A stretch of 64,000 bases of DNA from Verrucomicrobiota bacterium (lineage in GTDB: Bacteria; Verrucomicrobiota; Verrucomicrobiia; Limisphaerales; UBA9464): NCBI GenBank assembly GCA_017309115.1, contig JAFLEF010000035.1:7843-71842 (forward strand), given 5' to 3'. A program made the position numbers and the translations under genes. This document shows, in pieces, positions 35,925 to 42,800 of this stretch; position 1 is the stretch's first letter; each line of letters opens with the position of its first letter. A model generated the notes under the pieces. That model worked only from the letters and a program-made list of their open reading frames with translations. It had not been told where the DNA came from and did not search any database.

Positions 35925-36049
35925 CACTCACGCGCCCCAAAGCGCCAGAGGGCTGGCGCAGTCCAAACGCTCCGCGCCTTCCTTGCCGCTTGCCGCTTCC
36001 CGCTTGCCGCTTCCCGCTTCCCGCTTTGCCTCTCAGCTCTCAGCTTCCC
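35925..36049 (+). repeat. Composite intergenic repeat, modules C and D, including a 6 x 7-bp tandem array (35985-36026)
   Basis: CACTCACGCGCCCCAAAGCGCCAGAGGGCTGGCGCAGTCCAAACGCTCCGCG, then GCCGCTT GCCGCTT CCCGCTT GCCGCTT CCCGCTT CCCGCTT, then TGCC TCTCAGC TCTCAGC TTCCC. The same C-D order is seen at 45500-45686 and 57237-57345. Confidence 0.85.
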
Positions 36050-36055
36050 TAGCCT

Positions 36056-38758
36056 CTATCGTTGGCCTTGGCCCGACCCATAAACCCGCCGCCGCTCCCG
36101 GAACAAGGACGTCCCCTCCGTCACTGCCCGATAGAACCTCAGCTCCGGTCCGCCCATCGGCACCGCATACGTCGGGGGCACGGCTCCTACCACCGGACTC
36201 CACGGACCCGCCGGGGTCGTTGCCGCTTCCAAGGTGCCCGTGAAGGTGATGATCACCTGCTGTCCGTCGGCCGATTCCGCAATCGTCGCCGTCGGAACCG
36301 TCGGGGTCGGCGTAAAGGTCAAAAACACCACGCCATTGGTCTCGCCTCCGCTCATCGCAAATTCTCCCGCGGCGAAACTGAAGTTCATCTCCTCAAAGTA
36401 GAACGTATAGGCGTCGTCGAACTCCCACACCGTCCAGGTGTGCGGCGATTCCCAAAACGGATCCCCACTGTCCGGATCGGTCTCGTCGGTGAAGTTCAGA
36501 TAGACGTCCGTTGTCTTCATCCAGAGCGGTCCCTCAAACCGCATCTGACTCCAGGCGTTGGTCCCGGGATCGGCATTGTCCTTCAACTCCGCCAACGTCC
36601 AGAAGTACTCCGTCGACTCGGCGAACACCGTTCGCCCCGCCCAGGTCAGAGTGCCCAATCCGCCACGAACAACTCCGGCCACCTGATTGGTCATCCTGAC
36701 CGTGTCATTCGGCCCGTTGGTTCCGATCACGCCCCACCCCTCCACTACCGAACCCGAGGTTGCCGTCAATGGCCCGGCGACCCGGCCCCCGTTCAGTCGG
36801 GCCGTCGCGCCGGTGCCCGTGAGAACCAAATCGCCGGCCAACACCGCGTTGGTTCCCGTCACGGCAAGCGTGGCGTCCTCGGCCACGACGGCGCTCGGAA
36901 GTGTCACTCGGTTATTGAAGACCACGGTGCCTCCCGCCACCGCCAGCGGAGCCGTCCATTGATTGGATCCGGAAAGAACCAAGGTTCCGGAACCAAACGT
37001 CGTCAGACTTCCCTGCCACCGCAGCGAACTTCGAATTTCATTGGTGGCGCCATTCACCGCCACAAAAGCCCGCGCGGATCCGAAATCAAGCAGGTCCACT
37101 TCGACGGTTCCCGAGTTCAACAGCACGCCCGCCAAATCCCCCTCCGGCGACGAACCCACCTGAATCGCCGAGCCCGGCCCACCGCTGCCCACCGTCTGCT
37201 GATTGACCACCAGTGCCCTCACCGCGGCGGTGGTTCCCGCCGCCACAGTCTGGGGCGTGTCCGCGGAGTACCGAACGACCGAGGTGCTCTGATCGAGGGG
37301 CAGGACGGCCGAGGACGTTACGGTCGCCAACTGAAAACCCGTGGTCTCGTCGTAGTTCAGGAATTGCAGCGAACCGCCGGCATCGGAATCCCGACCCACG
37401 ATCGCCGCCGTCATCTGGCCTGCCGTGGTCGCCGGCAGATTGGAACTCGTTCCGTTGACCAGCAGACGTTCCACCGTACCCAACCCCGTCAAACCACCGG
37501 CCGGGGCCAGAACCAGGGCGGCCGGGGGCTCGACGAGGAGGTTCGCCGTGGTCCCGTTGGTGTGGCCGCCCACCCGCAGCGTCAGCGACGTATTGGTGCC
37601 CCGGTCCCAGCGCAGCACGCCCGCTCCGTTGGTCATCGCCAGGTAGTGGCCCGGGCCGCTGGCCAGTTCAAGGCTCAGGTCCGTGGGAACCTCGTTCCGC
37701 GGGGCCACGAGCAATTCGGCGTCGCCGGACAACGTGATCGGTCCCGGTCCGAAGGGCGCCCCATGAAACCAGGAACTCGCCAGGACGCCGTCGGTCACGC
37801 GCTGCCATCCGGTGGACAGATTGGTGGTCTGGAACTGCAGGATGCCCTCGCCCGACTTCACGAATCCATAGTCCCCGCGGACCGGCGCCAGCACCTCCAA
37901 TTCCCCGCCGTTGCTGTTCACGATCTGCGTGGCCGTCAACTCCCACCACTGCGGCGCATAGCCCGGGCTTCCCGTCAGGGCGTTGGTGGAAAGGGTCCAG
38001 GAATCCCCACCCCACAAGACCGCCACGGTTCCCGCGTTCGGCCCCAACTCCGAGGTGAGGACCTGGGTGGACTTCAGCGAAGGATCAATATCAGGCAGCG
38101 TCCAGTCCGCCGGAACCGGCGCCAGATGGACGGTTTGCGGATTGGACCCGGGAACATTGGGAACGGGCAGGAAGGTGTCGGGAGCCGCGTTGTTCAGGGT
38201 CACCGTACCGGCCTGGGGATCGACGGCGAGCAAGGCCAGAACGTGTCCGCCAGTGTTGACGTAATTGGTCGTCTGACCCGGGGTGGCTGGCACGAACCAT
38301 CCAACGCTGAAGTTAACGACGCTTTGGTTGAAATTGTTGGTCGCCAGCCAGGCCACATCCGGGTTGGGCGAGAACACGCGCACCACCTGGTCCGGGCTGA
38401 TGCCGCGGGCGTTCAGATAGGTCATGAATCCCGAGTAATACCCATCCTCGTCCGTTCCGCCGGAAGCGGTGGTGCCCATCAATCCCCCGAGAACCCGGTC
38501 CAGATTGAGCGCGTCACTGCCTGCCGGATCTCCCAGTTGAGTGAACCCATTTCGGGCGAGCCACAACAGGGACATGGTGGCCGAGGTAGGACCACAGTAC
38601 GTCTCGCCATCGCCGGGCAGATATTCGCCATAGGGTCCAAAGTCGGTCTGAATCAGCGACGGCGTGTCCGTCACCTTGTCGGTCCATTGGGCGTGAACCG
38701 AAACACTGAGCAGCACCAGACACCCCAGCAGTCGCCGGTTGAAGAGGGTTTGCAACAT
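36056..38758 (-). CDS. Secreted protein: N-terminal C39-like (papain-fold) peptidase domain + autotransporter-associated beta-strand (PATR) repeats + C-terminal ..RFYRAV domain
   Basis: 900 aa with signal peptide MLQTLFNRRLLGCLVLLSVSVHAQ. GETYCGPTSATMSLLWLARNGF (candidate catalytic Cys) and NTGGHVLALLAVD (candidate His) resemble Peptidase_C39_2. The central region has repeated G(S/T)GTLVLSGSNQWTAPLAVAGGTVVFNN-type PATR units. The equal-length + strand ORF 36062-38764 is an antisense shadow. Confidence 0.8.
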   Translation of the reverse strand: MLQTLFNRRLLGCLVLLSVSVHAQWTDKVTDTPSLIQTDFGPYGEYLPGDGETYCGPTSATMSLLWLARNGFTQLGDPAGSDALNLDRVLGGLMGTTASGGTDEDGYYSGFMTYLNARGISPDQVVRVFSPNPDVAWLATNNFNQSVVNFSVGWFVPATPGQTTNYVNTGGHVLALLAVDPQAGTVTLNNAAPDTFLPVPNVPGSNPQTVHLAPVPADWTLPDIDPSLKSTQVLTSELGPNAGTVAVLWGGDSWTLSTNALTGSPGYAPQWWELTATQIVNSNGGELEVLAPVRGDYGFVKSGEGILQFQTTNLSTGWQRVTDGVLASSWFHGAPFGPGPITLSGDAELLVAPRNEVPTDLSLELASGPGHYLAMTNGAGVLRWDRGTNTSLTLRVGGHTNGTTANLLVEPPAALVLAPAGGLTGLGTVERLLVNGTSSNLPATTAGQMTAAIVGRDSDAGGSLQFLNYDETTGFQLATVTSSAVLPLDQSTSVVRYSADTPQTVAAGTTAAVRALVVNQQTVGSGGPGSAIQVGSSPEGDLAGVLLNSGTVEVDLLDFGSARAFVAVNGATNEIRSSLRWQGSLTTFGSGTLVLSGSNQWTAPLAVAGGTVVFNNRVTLPSAVVAEDATLAVTGTNAVLAGDLVLTGTGATARLNGGRVAGPLTATSGSVVEGWGVIGTNGPNDTVRMTNQVAGVVRGGLGTLTWAGRTVFAESTEYFWTLAELKDNADPGTNAWSQMRFEGPLWMKTTDVYLNFTDETDPDSGDPFWESPHTWTVWEFDDAYTFYFEEMNFSFAAGEFAMSGGETNGVVFLTFTPTPTVPTATIAESADGQQVIITFTGTLEAATTPAGPWSPVVGAVPPTYAVPMGGPELRFYRAVTEGTSLFRERRRVYGSGQGQR

Positions 38759-38907
38759 TCCTGAACCTCCCGCCGAATTCGGAACCCGGTCAAGCGCAGT
38801 CAGCTGCCGAATCTGCGGTTAAAACCTCCTCTCCCTTGAAGTCGGCAGGCACGCACTAATTAAAGAAAACGCTGCAGCCGAGCTGGCGGCGAAACCTCGC
38901 CCTACCC

Positions 38908-38985
38908 GGAGCGCTCGCGTCTCGCCGGCCAGTTTCCGAAGATGGTAGGAACATAAGAAACACGCCGGCGAGACGCCAGCGCTCC
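38908..38985. repeat. Long hairpin (22-nt arms, 1 mismatch) downstream of the PEP-CTERM gene; repeat-family relative and probable terminator/REP-like element
   Basis: GGAGCGCTCGCGTCTCGCCGGC (38908-38929) pairs with GCCGGCGAGACGCCAGCGCTCC (38964-38985). The 34-nt loop contains GATGGTAGG, the terminus of module A. It is preceded by a half module A, GAAACCTCGCCCTACC (38891-38906). Confidence 0.7.
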
Positions 38986-39010
38986 CACTCGACCGCGCCC
39001 CCTCGCCGAC

Positions 39011-39802
39011 TCACGGCCGACGACGCGAAACCCATCCGAGTGCCACTGCTCCCAACCCGAGAAGTGCCCAGGTGGCCGGCTCGGGTATGGCGGGCAGCGG
39101 ACTGAACGATAGATCGTCCAAGATGTGGCTTTGGGCGTCGGGTTGGCCGGGAAGCCTAGGAAAATCCCCGAAGTCATCGTAGCCCCGGCTGCGGAACTCG
39201 AAGCGGAGTTCGACGGTCTGGCCCGCGAACGGGCTCACATCCACTGCCAGGTAGCGAAATAAGGGAATCTCCGGATCACCAGTGGGAACATCCGGCAGGG
39301 CGACAAGGGAACGGAGTTCTCCTCCCACAAACACCTGCAGATCATCGCCGTGATTAAGGGGTCCTTGGTGGAGAAACTGGAGCGACCGGGCATCCGCCGG
39401 AATGTCGCCCGTCTGCCAGAGGACATAGGGATCGTAGACTCCGCCGGTGACCGTCAGGGAAAGGGGCCAGATTCCCAACGAGTAGTTGCCCACCACCGGA
39501 ACTCGGGCGTTACTGCCAAAATGGCTATCTCGGAAGTCACGATCCAGAAGGCTGGCCCACCCTGAAAAACGCTGACTATAGTTGTAGCCAACAGCGGACT
39601 GGTTTTGCGGCCCGGTATTCCAACCAGGGCGTACCCATTCACCGGGCGAACTCGCAAAGGGAGAGCCCGGGATTCGCGGGGGCACCCAATCCGGAAACAC
39701 CGGAGTATCGAATCCCAAGTTGATGAACGCCGCTGCTAAAACCTCGCTCCCAAGAGCGAAACAACAGGCGACAAGGCTTATCGAATGGCGGATCGAACTC
39801 AT
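39011..39802 (-). CDS. PEP-CTERM sorting-domain protein
   Basis: 263 aa with signal peptide MSSIRHSISLVACCFALGSEVLAAA. The C-terminus ..LPAIPEPATWALLGLGAVALGWVSRRRP has the PEP motif, a TM helix and a basic tail. Its ATG overlaps the stop of the upstream giant gene (ATGA at 39799-39802). Confidence 0.88.
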   Translation of the reverse strand: MSSIRHSISLVACCFALGSEVLAAAFINLGFDTPVFPDWVPPRIPGSPFASSPGEWVRPGWNTGPQNQSAVGYNYSQRFSGWASLLDRDFRDSHFGSNARVPVVGNYSLGIWPLSLTVTGGVYDPYVLWQTGDIPADARSLQFLHQGPLNHGDDLQVFVGGELRSLVALPDVPTGDPEIPLFRYLAVDVSPFAGQTVELRFEFRSRGYDDFGDFPRLPGQPDAQSHILDDLSFSPLPAIPEPATWALLGLGAVALGWVSRRRP

Positions 39803-42800
39803 GGCACGTTGATGAAGGCACTTTGGCTAAGGTTCCAGTAAGAGCCGCTCCCAGTAACCTGCAGGCGGGTGGCTTTAACTTGGTACATCGCTCCTGCCAC
39901 TGCGCTGCCATCAATGAATGACAGAGATGTGGTGGGGGAACTGTTCAGAAGAATCCAAGGGCCACCCAAGCCCGCAATACTGCGATAGATGTAGTAACCG
40001 CAACCCGGGTCCAAAGACGAATTCCAATTTAGGGTCGCGCTGGACCCGACACGGCTTCCTGTCAGGTAGGTTACGGGGCTTACCCGATGAAGCCGCAGAG
40101 TGGGATCACCCAAGATACTCTGAAAACGCCCCACGAAATCAATGTATCCTTCGTTGCGCCATCCCCGCTGCATGAGGTTCGCCAGCGGCGCGCCGGCTCC
40201 CAGTGGAGAAAAATCCCAAAGCGTTCCTCCCATGGTGGCCAGCCCATGGTTGGGCCAGCCAAGTGAAGCGCGGAGCCAGTTATCACTGATGGTAAACTCA
40301 CCGAGTGAATTCAGTCTCGCCCAATCTATCGCATACGAAAACCACACGTTTCGAAAGGTGACTGGCACCTCTTGGTTTGGATCGGCAAAACTAGCCGAGG
40401 TAAACTTGTCCGCAGTAAACCCATCCCACACATAATCATCATAACCGCCACTAAAATGAACTCCAAGGTCGGCGGGGACCTTGTCTCGCAAATTCGAGCC
40501 GGAGAAAAGCGTGGCTCGCGAAGCTCCAAAGGCGGCTCCGGCAAAACTTCGCCCTGCAATAAACCCATTATCGCCCCCTGAACCGGCATAGACTGAGACA
40601 CGACCAAAGGTGGGAATTTGATGGGCTCGATATCGGAAGTCTTTCGCCAGATACCGCTTGATTAAGTCGACTTCGGTTAAGCCTACAAAGACCGGCAAGC
40701 GGGCAAAATCTACCCGCCCAACACCACAATCGGCCGGGCCCGGCAAGAAGTCTAAGTCGAACGTGCCATCGTTCGCCGCATCGGTCCATGGAGCCTTGTT
40801 CAAGTATCCGTAAAAGGCATCGCAAACCCAAGCCCCAACGTGGTCACCATGGTTGTCCTGAGCATATGTCCCACTGTAGGGAATCGTGACGTGGCCGATT
40901 AGGAAAATGACGTTGGTAGTACCGGCTACACGGTTACTGGCGATCCAGTCAACAATATTGGTCAGATTTGGTCGGTTGGCGGCAAAGGTAAGATCATTAT
41001 GTCGAGGCGCATCGTATCGCGACACAACAGTCCACCCGTCCCCCACGAGGTTTGTGCGAAGTTGGGCCAGTTCTTGCGTCAAGCTCGGAGCAAGGGTCTC
41101 ATCCACCAGGAGCAGCACATTTCCTCGTTGATGCTGGGGCGGCATTTCGATACCGGCGACAAGGTGACGCGGGAGGAATTCACCAGGGAACCTCGCTTCA
41201 TACTCATAAGTAACTCCCTCGGATACATCAGGGTCGATCCATGTCTCCTGGTTTGTGTAGGCCGTAATCGGGCTACTCCAGGTAGTGGAACCCAGCGTTC
41301 GTCGCTTAAGCTGAAGAATGGTAGTTGGTTTTAAGACGTGGCTGATTGCTGCTACTGTTTCCGGATTTGCGCCCTGGTAATTTCGTGTAAACTGAATCTG
41401 CCGCACACCCGAATTGGTCACGATACTGAGAGTCAACTCTTGGTGGCGGTGGGACTCCACCGCGCCAAGCGGGTAGTTGAAGGTTTCAATACTATCAATC
41501 GTACCCTTGGCGGTCAGGGCGCCATCCCGACTAGCCCCGAAATGCATGCCTTCCGCGAGCCCACTGCTTGTCGGCATTTGAGCCGAATTAATTGCAGTGC
41601 CATGATTAACATAATAGCCACCGCGCCTCAACTCGGTTTTATATGGCCCATAAATCATCGTAAACTCATGCCAATTTGGCGGATTTGCCCACTGGGAAAT
41701 AGTCAATTCACTGTCGAACGTAGAGAATGGAAAGTTACCGCCGCCGTTCTGGCTAAACTTGATCCAAAAACGACCAGTAGCGTCGAAGTGCATGAACCAA
41801 GCCCACCAGCCTAGAGCAGCGTTGGTGTATTCTCCAACGTCGATCAGCGGAGCATTCCAAGCCGGCGGATTATTGGTCAGACTCCAGTTCGGCTTAAACC
41901 ACAGCCGGACAGTTCCCTGATCAAGGCGCAAGTTCAGCCGACCGGTCGAATCAGAAACGGGGTATCGGAGGGGGTTGTTGAGTAGATCTGGATGGCTCAC
42001 CACTGACACCCCATTTCCCACCATCCCAGACGCTGGGGTCTCTGGCCGGGGGCTCAGGACGATAGGTTGCTGACCGCGATCTCCTTGCATCCACGTTCCA
42101 CCGGCGCCATCCCACCACCAGGCGGCGAGGCGCTTGGGAATCCAACTGGCCTTGTCCTTGGGATTCGCCGAACCGGCGACTTCTTCCCCGTCCATAGCCC
42201 CGTCCCCATCGGTATCGGCATTCGTCCAGTTCGTTTCGCCTGCATCCACAACGCCGTCACCATCGCTGTCCTCCACGACGTCCGGCAGTCCGTCCTGGTC
42301 CGAGTCGGCCCAGGCGGACCCCGTCACGGCTGGGTAGTGGAAGCCGATGTCAACTTTGGTGGGATCATCGAGACCATCCTTGGTCTGGTCAGGAAGGGTG
42401 GTGGCGTGGAACAGCTGGGCCGCATTGGCACTTTGGCTCCCGGCGTTTCGCAAAGCCGCCAGAGTGGTGAGTCCGCCGGTGGAGGGGTAGTAGTAATTCC
42501 CCAGCGGCCCGGACTGGTAGACCGCCGCGATCGAAACTTTGTTGAAGGAACCTCCAAACCACGGGGTAGAATCGCTGTAGGCGTTGTAGCCCACAGTCAT
42601 TCCAGGCGAAAGCCAGCCACTGAACGAAGAGCCATCAAACAGATTCTCTCGAATGGTCCAACCTGAACCGCTCAGCGGCACGCCAACCGTCACGGATCCG
42701 CCCAAGAATAGATTGTTGCGGAAGGACAGCGTGCGAGCGTCGGTCGTCAGGGAACTAATGTTCACGCTCGAACGTGAGAAGAAGCAGTTCCGGCAGTTCA

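Noticed and set aside
35985-36026. Possible CRISPR array suggested by short tandem repeats in several intergenic regions
   Set aside because: The repeats are contiguous 7-8-bp units with no spacers and no 25-40-bp repeat/spacer periodicity, and no cas genes are present. They are microsatellite-like parts of the composite repeat family.
36062-38764. A 900-aa + strand ORF exactly mirroring the 900-aa minus-strand gene
   Set aside because: Its translation is Arg/Gly/Pro/His-rich low-complexity sequence (..RRRNRRGRRKGQKHH..) with no motifs, whereas the minus-strand product has a signal peptide, a C39-like motif and PATR repeats. It is a typical antisense shadow ORF in GC-rich DNA.
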